A stretch of DNA of 33,894 nt, from the IMG/VR virus record IMGVR_UViG_3300020045_006358, positions 1 to 33,894 of that record. The stretch is one strand, 5' to 3'. How positions within the stretch are numbered: position 1 is the first letter of the stretch; each line of letters begins with the position of its first letter. Below, piece by piece: positions 26,178-33,894 of this stretch. The notes under the pieces are model-generated. The model ran no database searches, was not told the DNA's origin, and saw only the letters and a program-made list of their open reading frames with translations. The position numbers and the translations under genes are program-made. The stretch comes from a virus. Taxonomy: Duplodnaviria; Caudoviricetes.

Positions 26178-26537
26178 ATGGATTTTTCAAAAGCGCACGA
26201 GGGGGACACGTTGTGGGACAATTTGTATGGGGATTGTTTTGTTGTTGATGTGGAGGAGGCGGGATTGTGGCTTCGGAAGGGGTCGGGCCTCTGTATGGAA
26301 AATTTTTTCCGGAAAATAACCGGCAAAACCGATGCGGGGACACAGCTTTTATACTGGTCAAAACCCACTATTACTGGCGGTGACATTCCCCCGAAGAGGA
26401 CGGTCAAAAAGAAGGTTGAGGGGTTGGTTGTTGTCTTTAAAGACGGGGCAATGATGGTAAACGATATCGGCAAAAGATCATCCGACGATGTGGTAAAAAT
26501 AATCGCAATCTCAACCGAAATTGAGGTGGAGGAATGA
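26178..26537 (+). CDS. Hypothetical protein, paralog of 14579-14983
   Basis: LLYWSKPTITGGDIPPKR motif; ends EIEVEE. Confidence 0.7.
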   Translation: MDFSKAHEGDTLWDNLYGDCFVVDVEEAGLWLRKGSGLCMENFFRKITGKTDAGTQLLYWSKPTITGGDIPPKRTVKKKVEGLVVVFKDGAMMVNDIGKRSSDDVVKIIAISTEIEVEE

Positions 26538-26908
26538 ATTTATCAGATTATCATAGAGCGGCAACAGACCTTAATTTGCCGAGTGGGGTCGCCCACGTAA
26601 TAAGTAGCGCCAGCATACCAAAGGGTTATATTGCGGTACGAGATCTACGGCAAGCGAGTAGGTTTTACGTTATGATTGAGGAGGGGTTGTTGTTTTATTA
26701 TGACGTTTTAACAGCCCCAACTTTAAAAATAGGGGCGCACATATCAAAAAAACACGTTATGCAGCTGGGTACATATTGGGCGTGGGCTGAGTATGGGGGC
26801 GAACGGGCAATAAGTGCCATGCTTTTAAAACAGCGTGACATTCTCCGGGATAAGGCCCAGTGGTGGAAGAGACTATTACGGAAGGGGGCGCGGTGGGCGA
26901 TAAGGTAA
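26534..26908 (+). CDS. Hypothetical protein
   Basis: ATGA-coupled; 124 aa. Confidence 0.55.
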   Translation: MNLSDYHRAATDLNLPSGVAHVISSASIPKGYIAVRDLRQASRFYVMIEEGLLFYYDVLTAPTLKIGAHISKKHVMQLGTYWAWAEYGGERAISAMLLKQRDILRDKAQWWKRLLRKGARWAIR

Positions 26909-27315
26909 AAATCAAAATTGGCATCGACCCCGACATAGCCCGTTCTGGATATGCCGAAATGGTAAACGGGGCGCTGACCTGCATAACGACTATGTCATTT
27001 TGGCACCTATGCGATCTAATCAAAGAGGCGTCCAGAATATCAAGCGAACTCGTAGTCTATATCGAAGCGGGCTGGCTCCACCAAAAAAGCAACTGGCATG
27101 GTTGCCACGGAAATGTGGCCCAGAAGATTGCTAAAAATGTCGGCACAAATCACGCGGTGGGGAAGTTGTTTGTGCAATATTGCCAGCGCCACGAGATAAA
27201 ATATCAAGAGGTTTTGCCGAAAGGGAAGGTTGACGCCAAGGTTTTTAGATCAATCACCGGGTGGCCCGGTAGGACGAATCAGGAAGAGCGAGACGCGGCG
27301 ATGTTAATTTTTTAG
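26893..27315 (+). CDS. RuvC-like Holliday junction resolvase
   Basis: IGIDPD, VYIE and NQEERDAAML acidic catalytic motifs of the RNase H fold. Confidence 0.75.
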   Translation: MGDKVKIKIGIDPDIARSGYAEMVNGALTCITTMSFWHLCDLIKEASRISSELVVYIEAGWLHQKSNWHGCHGNVAQKIAKNVGTNHAVGKLFVQYCQRHEIKYQEVLPKGKVDAKVFRSITGWPGRTNQEERDAAMLIF

Positions 27316-27327
27316 CGGAGGTATAAA

Positions 27328-27405
27328 ATGACAAGAGAAGACATTGCATCAATGGCCGTGTTTGTCCTCGGGCTGGCGTTCCTTGCGCTGGTGGTGTGCA
27401 AATGA
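27328..27405 (+). CDS. 25-aa hydrophobic peptide
   Basis: RBS ggagg; MTREDIASMAVFVLGLAFLALVVCK. Confidence 0.45.
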   Translation: MTREDIASMAVFVLGLAFLALVVCK

Positions 27406-27566
27406 CCTGCCCAGACTGCCAATCCGAGATGGCACACATCGGCACCACGGCCAAGGGGGAGCATTACGAGTGCGTTAACTGTGAGAGGGTTACAACGGTT
27501 GTTGATAACCACGGCACAGCAAAACCAAAAGCTCTCGGTATGTCCCCGCCCCGGTATGGGCCTTGA
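27402..27566 (+). CDS. Small zinc-ribbon protein
   Basis: MTCPDC...YECVNC; ATGA overlap. Confidence 0.5.
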   Translation: MTCPDCQSEMAHIGTTAKGEHYECVNCERVTTVVDNHGTAKPKALGMSPPRYGP

Positions 27567-27660
27567 CGGCCTCGATAAGTGCGGCCTCCTCGGGAGGTAG
27601 AAATATCAGCACCTGTTTTTTCCCCGCCCGGTGCTTGTTCCGGTGTTTATCTTTTTCCAT
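27490..27660 (-). CDS. Ribbon-helix-helix-like regulator
   Basis: RBS ggagg; GKKQVLIFLPPEEAALIEAVK...TYRELLVLL. Confidence 0.55.
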   Translation of the reverse strand: MEKDKHRNKHRAGKKQVLIFLPPEEAALIEAVKAHTGAGTYRELLVLLCRGYQQPL

Positions 27661-27708
27661 GCAATCCTCCACGGCCCCGCCAGAATTGACGGGGCTGGTA
27701 TGGGGCTT

Positions 27709-27903
27709 TTATTTGTAGCAGGACAACGTGGCCCTATCGCCATTGATCGAGGCCAAAACAGCCTCAAAAACATCAACCCTCTCCTGGACCAATAACCCCA
27801 CCCATCGGGTTATTGGATTTTCGCTGGTAACAAGCTCGGCGGTTTTTGTCTGCCTGACAAGGGCGGCTTCTATCTCGCGCTTAAGTTCGCTCATTTTTTT
27901 CAT
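27709..27903 (-). CDS. Hypothetical protein
   Basis: 64-aa ORF in leftward cassette. Confidence 0.55.
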   Translation of the reverse strand: MKKMSELKREIEAALVRQTKTAELVTSENPITRWVGLLVQERVDVFEAVLASINGDRATLSCYK

Positions 27904-27963
27904 AGCATTGTTCCAATTCTGCCCGCAGGCGGTAAGCCCCCGTTGCCGGGGGCGGTGTGATTG

Positions 27964-28230
27964 TCACGCAACAACATGCCCATTGCGGACAATGGTGATA
28001 TTTTTACCGTTTTTAGCTCTTTCATACACGATGTCCCCGTATGTCATGGTGCTGTTCCATGCTGCGTATAAATTTTGGCCGGGTCCAATCTGATCCGAAA
28101 AAGGCACCATCACTTTTCGGCCAGATATACTCCCTGACATGCGGCTCCAACCCTCCACCATCCACCCTTTTTTACTCTGCCTAACAGTATATCCAGACCG
28201 GTCCCACTCGCGCGTGTATGTGTTTTCCAT
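27964..28230 (-). CDS. Hypothetical protein
   Basis: RBS gagggg; 88 aa. Confidence 0.65.
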   Translation of the reverse strand: MENTYTREWDRSGYTVRQSKKGWMVEGWSRMSGSISGRKVMVPFSDQIGPGQNLYAAWNSTMTYGDIVYERAKNGKNITIVRNGHVVA

Positions 28231-28249
28231 GGTCCACCCCTCCCGCCAG

Positions 28250-28678
28250 TTAGTCGTTATCGTTTTTTGTGTGCGGCTCGACGCTTGGGACAGCCCCCGC
28301 CCTGTTGTCTAACTCCGACGCCTCACCAGCGCCCACAGCCGCAAGCAGGCGAGCACAATTATCACAATAGTGGGCCTTAACCTGCACGGCCCGTCCGCCA
28401 AATCTGGTCCACTCGATTTGGGAGTATGCCGTCCGGATGTCAAGATTGGCTCCGCATCTCTCGCAATGCCCCGCATAATCGGAGTCCTCCATTTCCACCA
28501 CGGCCTCTATATTTTTGTAGCTGATAGGGGTTCCTCGCCCGGCGGCGGCCATTGCTTTTTTCATTTGCCTAAAAATCTGGTCATTAAACCAATCGATTTT
28601 AGGATGGGCCACAGTCTCAACGGTTCCATCCGGGCGCTTCACCGTGATTTCCGCTCTTCTCGGTGCTATCGTTTTCGT
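28250..28678 (-). CDS. Zinc-finger protein with apparent ACG start
   Basis: HCERC...YCDNC; AGGAG RBS 8 nt before in-frame ACG at 28678; first canonical start is GTG 28642. Confidence 0.65.
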   Translation of the reverse strand, partial: TKTIAPRRAEITVKRPDGTVETVAHPKIDWFNDQIFRQMKKAMAAAGRGTPISYKNIEAVVEMEDSDYAGHCERCGANLDIRTAYSQIEWTRFGGRAVQVKAHYCDNCARLLAAVGAGEASELDNRAGAVPSVEPHTKNDND

Positions 28679-28725
28679 GGCTCAATCTCCTGTTTGGCGT
28701 TGGTTTGTTGCTCACTGTTGATTAA

Positions 28726-28755
28726 TGTCTATCATGCGTAGTTACGCTATGTCAA
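28726..28755 (-). promoter_or_regulatory. Promoter of the leftward cassette with palindromic site
   Basis: TTGACA at 28750-28755, weak extended -10 TGaTAGACA, GCGTA-gt-TACGC palindrome in spacer, AT-rich UP-like tract. Confidence 0.55.
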
Positions 28756-28799
28756 ATAAAAAATGCAATTAATTTAAAAATAATTCAAAATAATTTTAA

Positions 28800-28847
28800 C
28801 CACAACATATTGTGATTCAACTATTGACAAACCACAACATCTTGTGG
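28800..28847. promoter_or_regulatory. Tandem NrdR-box-like operators
   Basis: CCACAACATATTGTGA (28800-28815) and CCACAACATCTTGTGG (28832-28847) versus consensus acaCwAtATaTwGtgt; 32 bp start to start. Confidence 0.8.
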
Positions 28848-28853
28848 TATAAT
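28824..28853 (+). promoter_or_regulatory. Late sigma70 promoter
   Basis: TTGACA-18 bp-TATAAT with TG extended -10, upstream of terminase genes. Confidence 0.88.
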
Positions 28854-28879
28854 ACAAACATAGTTAAAGTTTTACGAAT

Positions 28880-28953
28880 GCCGGGAGGAGCCCGACGAGA
28901 AAAATAAACCGCATGTGGCGATACTCGCTTCCGAGGCACTCCCGGTTTTTTTT
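28880..28953 (+). terminator. Attenuator/terminator-like leader hairpin
   Basis: CCGGGAG (28881-87) pairs with CTCCCGG (28939-45), followed by T8; long imperfect inner stem. Confidence 0.6.
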
Positions 28954-28992
28954 AAACAAAAAGCTTGGCTAACCTAAAACAGTTTGAGCGCC

Positions 28993-29271
28993 ATGGAAAA
29001 GTTAGAGAGCCGGAAAGAATTTAACAAAAGGAAAAAAAGTCCACAGCATGGGAAGCGTGGACCGGGGAAGGTGCAGCAAGAGTTAAAAGAGATGATCCTC
29101 AGCGCCCTCGATCAGTCCGGAGGAGTGGAATATTTAGTTAGACAGGCAGATCAGAACCCCAACGGATTCATGACCCTGCTGGGTAAAGTTCTCCCCCTCC
29201 AATTACACGGAGCCGGGAAAAGTGGCGAGTTGGTTATAACGATCACCAAGGCAGAGGCATCAATAATTTGA
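28993..29271 (+). CDS. Terminase small subunit
   Basis: LKEMILSALDQSGGVEYL...NPNGFMTLLGKVLPLQ motif; overlaps TerL start. Confidence 0.8.
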   Translation: MEKLESRKEFNKRKKSPQHGKRGPGKVQQELKEMILSALDQSGGVEYLVRQADQNPNGFMTLLGKVLPLQLHGAGKSGELVITITKAEASII

Positions 29272-30611
29272 CGTTTACCCCAACCCAAAAACAAGACGAG
29301 GCTTGGTCGCTTATGAGTGGCCCGGCTAAACACGTCATGTTGGTGGGTGGGTCTCGATCAGGCAAAACGTTTGTAACATGTAGGGCGCTGGCAATGAGGG
29401 CCCTGCTTGCCCCCAAGTCACGCCACGCCGTCCTCCGCTTCCGGTTCAACCACGTCAAAACCTCGATAGTATTAGACACATGGCCCAAAATGATGGGCCT
29501 GTGCTTCCCGGAAATCAAAGCCGAACTCAACAAAACCGATTGGTACGCAGAGTTTCCAAACGGCTCACAGGTTTGGTTCGGTGGGTTGGACGACAAAGAC
29601 CGCACCGAAAAAATCTTGGGGAACGAATACGCTACAATCTTTTTTAACGAGATATCCCAGATCCCTATCGGATCTAAAGACATGGCGCTGACCCGGTTAG
29701 CTCAAGCGTGTGACGTGCCAGCTGTTGGTAAGCAACTCCGGCTCAAGGCATATTACGACTGCAACCCGCCATCACAGGCGCACTGGTGTTACCAGCAGTT
29801 CGTCCGGGGCATTGACCCTGACTCTAAAAAGCCCCTGCAAAACAGGGCCGATTTCGCATGGATGCGGCTCAACCCCGCCGACAATATCAGCAACCTCCCC
29901 GCCGAATACATCAAGTCGTTAGAGTCAATGCCGGTCAGGATGCGCCAGCGTTTCCTTGAGGGCGTTTTTGCAGACGTGACCGATGGTGCGTTGTGGAATG
30001 TGGAGTCGATTGACTCTGCCCGCGAAGTCAACGGTAACCTCCCCGACATGCAGCGGATTGTCGTGGCCGTGGACCCATCTGGGAGCGGTGACGTTAACAA
30101 TACCGACGCGGACGCAATCGGGATCATCGTTGCCGGTCTCGGGTTAGACGGGCGCTGTTATATCCTGGAGGATTGCACGTGCAAATGTGGCCCCGCCGCC
30201 TGGGGAAACGTTGTTGCTACGGCATACGATAGACACCAAGCGGACCTGATCGTGGCTGAGAAAAACTATGGCGGCGAAATGGTGCGCCGGGTTTTACAGG
30301 TCGCGTCTCCGAATGCCCGGATCGAACTAGTTACGGCGTCCCGTGGCAAATGCGTCCGCGCAGAACCGATCAGCGCGCTCACCGAGCAGGGCAAAATTAA
30401 ATTTGCGGGGTATTTCCCGGAGTTGGAGGACGAGCTCTGTGGGATGACAATCAACGGATATATTGGGGAAAAATCACCGAACAGGGCAGACGCTTTTGTC
30501 TGGGCGGCGTCTAAACTGTTCCCCGGAATTATCCGGGGCGAAAAGAAACCCGCCCTAAAAGATAGACCATATATGGGGCATCAACAGGCGACGGGGTGGC
30601 TGGCGGCATGA
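29268..30611 (+). CDS. Terminase large subunit
   Basis: GGSRSGKT Walker A, IFFNE Walker B, DCNPP, nuclease VAVDPS and SPNRADA. Confidence 0.95.
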   Translation: MTFTPTQKQDEAWSLMSGPAKHVMLVGGSRSGKTFVTCRALAMRALLAPKSRHAVLRFRFNHVKTSIVLDTWPKMMGLCFPEIKAELNKTDWYAEFPNGSQVWFGGLDDKDRTEKILGNEYATIFFNEISQIPIGSKDMALTRLAQACDVPAVGKQLRLKAYYDCNPPSQAHWCYQQFVRGIDPDSKKPLQNRADFAWMRLNPADNISNLPAEYIKSLESMPVRMRQRFLEGVFADVTDGALWNVESIDSAREVNGNLPDMQRIVVAVDPSGSGDVNNTDADAIGIIVAGLGLDGRCYILEDCTCKCGPAAWGNVVATAYDRHQADLIVAEKNYGGEMVRRVLQVASPNARIELVTASRGKCVRAEPISALTEQGKIKFAGYFPELEDELCGMTINGYIGEKSPNRADAFVWAASKLFPGIIRGEKKPALKDRPYMGHQQATGWLAA

Positions 30612-32713
30612 CAAACGAAGATATCCTGAAACAGTGCCGAGAACGGCTCCCGATCGCAGTAGATGCGGTATCCCATTCGCGCCGGTATGAGTTGGACGAT
30701 TTGCGGTTTGTTGCTGGGTCCCCCGACAATCAGTGGCAGTGGCCCAATGACGTTTTAGGGACTCGCGGGTCTGTCCAGGGGCAGTCGGCTGGGGCGAGGC
30801 CGTGTTTAACGATCAACAAACTCCCGCAGCACGTCAGGCAGATCACCAATGACCAGCGGCAGAACAGGCCAGCCGGTAAGGTAATCCCCGTTGACGATCA
30901 GGCAGACGTTGAGGTGGCCGAGATCCTGGATGGGATAGTCAGGCACATCGAATACATATCCGACGCTGACGTGGCATATGACACCGCGTGCGAGTGTCAA
31001 GTACAGTTTGGTGAGGGATATTTCCGGATATTGACCGAGTATTGCGACGACACCACATTCGACCAGGATATCAAAATCGGGCGCATTCGCAACGCGTTTT
31101 CCGTCTATATAGACCCCAATATTCAAGACCCGTGTGGGAGCGATGCACGGTATGGGTTTATCACTCAAGACATCCCCCGCGACGAGTACGAGTCATCCTA
31201 TCCTGAGGCGTCTATCGTGTCGGCTATCGAGGCGCGGCATGGAGTTGGTGACGACAAACTCCGGCAATGGGTGACCGAGGAAACGGTACGTGTTGCGGAG
31301 TATTTCTATGTCGAGTCCAAGCCCCAGACCGTCAACCTCTACCCCGGCGGCGCCGTTGCGGTAAAGGGTACACCAGAGGATGTGGAACTGATCGCCCAAT
31401 GGGGCAAGCCGCTCAAGTCCAGAGAATCCGAATCCCGCACGGTCCAGTGGGTAAAAACCAACGGGTATGAGATCCTCGAGCAGTCGGAGTGGCCGGGGAA
31501 ATACATACCGATTATCCGCGTGGTTGGGAACGAGTACGAGGTGGATGGGGAGTTGCACGTTTCCGGGATCATCCGTAACGCTAAGGACCCCCAGCGGCTG
31601 TACAATTACTGGGCCTCACAGGAGGCTGAAATGCTGGCTCTTGCCCCCAAAGCTCCATTCATCGGGTATGCCGGTCAGTTTGAGGGGTTTGAGGAGAAAT
31701 GGAAGACCGCCAATACGGTCAATTGGCCATACCTTGAAGTCAACATGGACGCCACAGATTCCACTGGTGCCGCCCTCCCGTTGCCTCAACGGTCTACCCC
31801 GCCGATGCCCCAGACGGCTATCATCCAAGCGAAGATGGGCGCTGCCGAAGACATCAAGAGTGTAACCGGCCAGTATGACGCTTCCATCGGCGCTCAGTCA
31901 AATGAGAGATCGGGCAAAGCGATCATTGCGCGGGAGCGGCAAAGTGACACCGGGTCATATCACTACGTGGACAACCTTGCCCGCGCCATCCGGTACGGAG
32001 TTAGGCAGATCGTGGACCTCATCCCTAAAATCTACGATACGCAACGCATAGCCCGAATCGTGGGTATTGATGGTGAGGTGTCACATGCCAAAATAGACCC
32101 AACGCAGTCTGAGCCAGTACGAAAGTACCGAGACGCAAACGGATCAATCCAGAGCGTCTACAATCCGTCTATTGGCACGTATGACGTCCGAGTGTCCACA
32201 GGCCCGAGCTATATGACCAAACGTCAAGAGGCCCTCGACGCCATGACGCAGATTATGCAAGCCAACCCCGCCATATTCCAGATCGCCGGTGATTTGATCG
32301 TCAAAAACATGGATTGGCCCGGAGCCGAAGAGCTTGCGGAGCGGATTAAACGGACTATCGATCCCAAACTACTCGGAGACGACAAGGAAGGCCCCACGCC
32401 GGAGCAGATGCAGATACAGGCCATGGGGCAACAGATGGACCAAATGAAGCAGATGATCGACGGATTCCAGCAGTCCCTTGATGCCCGAGAGGTCAAAGTT
32501 AAAGAGTATGAGGCGGAAACGAAACGGATGCAGGCAGTGCAGGCCGGGATGTCTCCCGAGCAGATCCAAGAGATTGTTTTAGGGACTGTCCACGGGATGA
32601 TTACATCCGGCGATCTGATTGCCGAAACACCGCCCCGAGAGCCTGAAATACAGCCCGAACCCATGCAGGAGCCGATGCAGGGGCCTGAACCGCAACCCAT
32701 GGAGGCCATGTAA
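30608..32713 (+). CDS. Portal protein, P22-like
   Basis: RPCLTINKL, AKDPQRLYNYW, SNERSGKAIIAR, YVDNLARA, LIPKIYDT, GPSYMTKRQE. Confidence 0.95.
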   Translation: MTNEDILKQCRERLPIAVDAVSHSRRYELDDLRFVAGSPDNQWQWPNDVLGTRGSVQGQSAGARPCLTINKLPQHVRQITNDQRQNRPAGKVIPVDDQADVEVAEILDGIVRHIEYISDADVAYDTACECQVQFGEGYFRILTEYCDDTTFDQDIKIGRIRNAFSVYIDPNIQDPCGSDARYGFITQDIPRDEYESSYPEASIVSAIEARHGVGDDKLRQWVTEETVRVAEYFYVESKPQTVNLYPGGAVAVKGTPEDVELIAQWGKPLKSRESESRTVQWVKTNGYEILEQSEWPGKYIPIIRVVGNEYEVDGELHVSGIIRNAKDPQRLYNYWASQEAEMLALAPKAPFIGYAGQFEGFEEKWKTANTVNWPYLEVNMDATDSTGAALPLPQRSTPPMPQTAIIQAKMGAAEDIKSVTGQYDASIGAQSNERSGKAIIARERQSDTGSYHYVDNLARAIRYGVRQIVDLIPKIYDTQRIARIVGIDGEVSHAKIDPTQSEPVRKYRDANGSIQSVYNPSIGTYDVRVSTGPSYMTKRQEALDAMTQIMQANPAIFQIAGDLIVKNMDWPGAEELAERIKRTIDPKLLGDDKEGPTPEQMQIQAMGQQMDQMKQMIDGFQQSLDAREVKVKEYEAETKRMQAVQAGMSPEQIQEIVLGTVHGMITSGDLIAETPPREPEIQPEPMQEPMQGPEPQPMEAM

Positions 32714-33075
32714 TGAACGCTAATGACCTCGTAGGGCTCCTTTTCCTTGGGCGGGATGTCGCGCACTCGGTACACCTCAACACCCGCTCGTTTGCCAAGC
32801 ACAGGGCCTTAAATGAGTTTTATGACTCGGTTGTGGGGTTAGCCGACTCATTTGCGGAGACGTACCAGGGCCGGAACGGATTGATTGGTCAGATCAAGCT
32901 CCAGCCGGTGAAGCAGAAGGGGGACATTGTTGCTTTCTTGGAAGGGCAGTTGAAGGAGATTGAAGCAGGCCGGTATGAGGTTTGCCCCAAAGAAGACAGC
33001 GCATTGCAGAATATTATTGATGAAATTGTGGGGCTCTATTTGACCACGCTCTACAGGTTGAAGTTTTTGGCATAA
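32713..33075 (+). CDS. Ferritin/Dps-like small protein (DUF5856-like)
   Basis: HSVHLNTRSFAKHRALNEFYD...DSFAETYQG...LQNIIDEI...TLYRLKFL. Confidence 0.75.
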   Translation: MNANDLVGLLFLGRDVAHSVHLNTRSFAKHRALNEFYDSVVGLADSFAETYQGRNGLIGQIKLQPVKQKGDIVAFLEGQLKEIEAGRYEVCPKEDSALQNIIDEIVGLYLTTLYRLKFLA

Positions 33076-33131
33076 CCACGGCGAGACGCCGGTAACCGTA
33101 CTCTGACGGATATCAGAGGCAAGGAGGAAAA

Positions 33132-33737
33132 ATGGAAGACGAGATTCAAGAACAGGCGGTTGAACCAGTAGTTGAAGTGCAACCCGAAGTGGTGACGGAG
33201 ACCGTAGAAACTCCGGATGAAAAGTATGAGGAAAAAAAGTTCACACAGGCTGAGCTTGAGGAAATCATTAAAAAGCGCCTGGACCGGGAGCAGCGGAAAC
33301 GGGAACGGATCGAACAGACAAAGGCTTTAACCCAACCCACAGCACTGGACCCGAACACGTTTGACGACGTGGACAAATACGCCGATGCGCTGGCGGCCCA
33401 GAAGATAGCGCAGAGAGAAGCAACAGAGCAGACAGTTAGGGTGCGGGAGGCTTATTTCGAAAAAGAGGACACCGCGCGTGACAAGTACGACGACTTTGAC
33501 CAAGTGGCCTACAACCCGTCAGTCAGGATCACAGCCGACATGGCCGAGGCAATCCGGAACGCCGATGTCGGGCCGGATATCGCCTACTGGCTGGGGAGTA
33601 ATCTGAAAGAAGCCGAGCGGATTTCGAAGCTGCCCCCGTTACAACAGGTCAAGGAAATTGGAAAAATCGAGGCCAGGTTGGAAGACAAGCCACCCGAGCC
33701 AAAAAAAACAACTACAGCGCCGACCCCAATCAAGCCG
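33132..33737 (+). CDS. Capsid scaffolding protein, truncated by an inversion junction
   Basis: RBS aaggagg; manual translation MEDEIQEQ...KKFTQAELE...KYDDFDQVAYNP...GPDIAYWLGSN...EIGKIEARL...TTAPTPIKP. Confidence 0.85.
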
Positions 33738-33894
33738 ATGTGCGCCTGGTCCGTGATAGTAACGGTGGTGTACTGCTGGCTTTCGTCCTGCACTCCTAGC
33801 GCCGCGCCCTTGGTTACCAATGCGCGATCAGGCAACCGGACCTTCAACGTCGCGCCGATCTTGGCACCTTCTTTTGCAAAACTGTCGTCGTGCT
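33731..33894 (-). CDS. P22-like major capsid protein, internal N-proximal fragment (inverted)
   Basis: HDDSFAKEGAKIGATLKVRLPDRALVTKGAALGVQDESQQYTTVTITDQAHIGL. Confidence 0.85.

Noticed and set aside
32640-32710. QPEPMQ-type repeats at the portal C-terminus
   Set aside because: Ordinary low-complexity tail typical of P22-like portals.
1329-33075. Stop-codon reassignment
   Set aside because: Conserved genes are full length in the standard code and end in TAA, TGA or TAG at sensible positions.

Overview
Near-complete genome of a P22-like podovirus (probably infecting a Gram-negative host; host not determinable here). Rightward tail and ejection genes, lysis genes and post-lysis accessory genes (1145-12984) converge with a leftward early operon (SSB, SPFH, DUF968, DUF1367, YqaJ exonuclease and many small ORFs; 13065-20887). 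A lambdoid-like repressor/cro switch (21321-22090) precedes O-like initiator plus origin, DnaB, an NrdR-type zinc-ribbon protein, MazG-like and RuvC-like genes, a short leftward cassette, and the late operon (TerS, TerL, portal, Dps-like protein, scaffold). No integrase is visible. The best lead is two NrdR-box matches 32 bp apart overlapping the consensus late promoter, followed by an attenuator-like leader, in a phage that also encodes an NrdR zinc ribbon lacking the ATP-cone. This suggests packaging genes are gated by dNTP status. Both window ends carry inverted pieces of essential genes joined at microhomologies, most likely amplification or assembly chimeras. All family calls come from motif recognition by eye, not from database searches.
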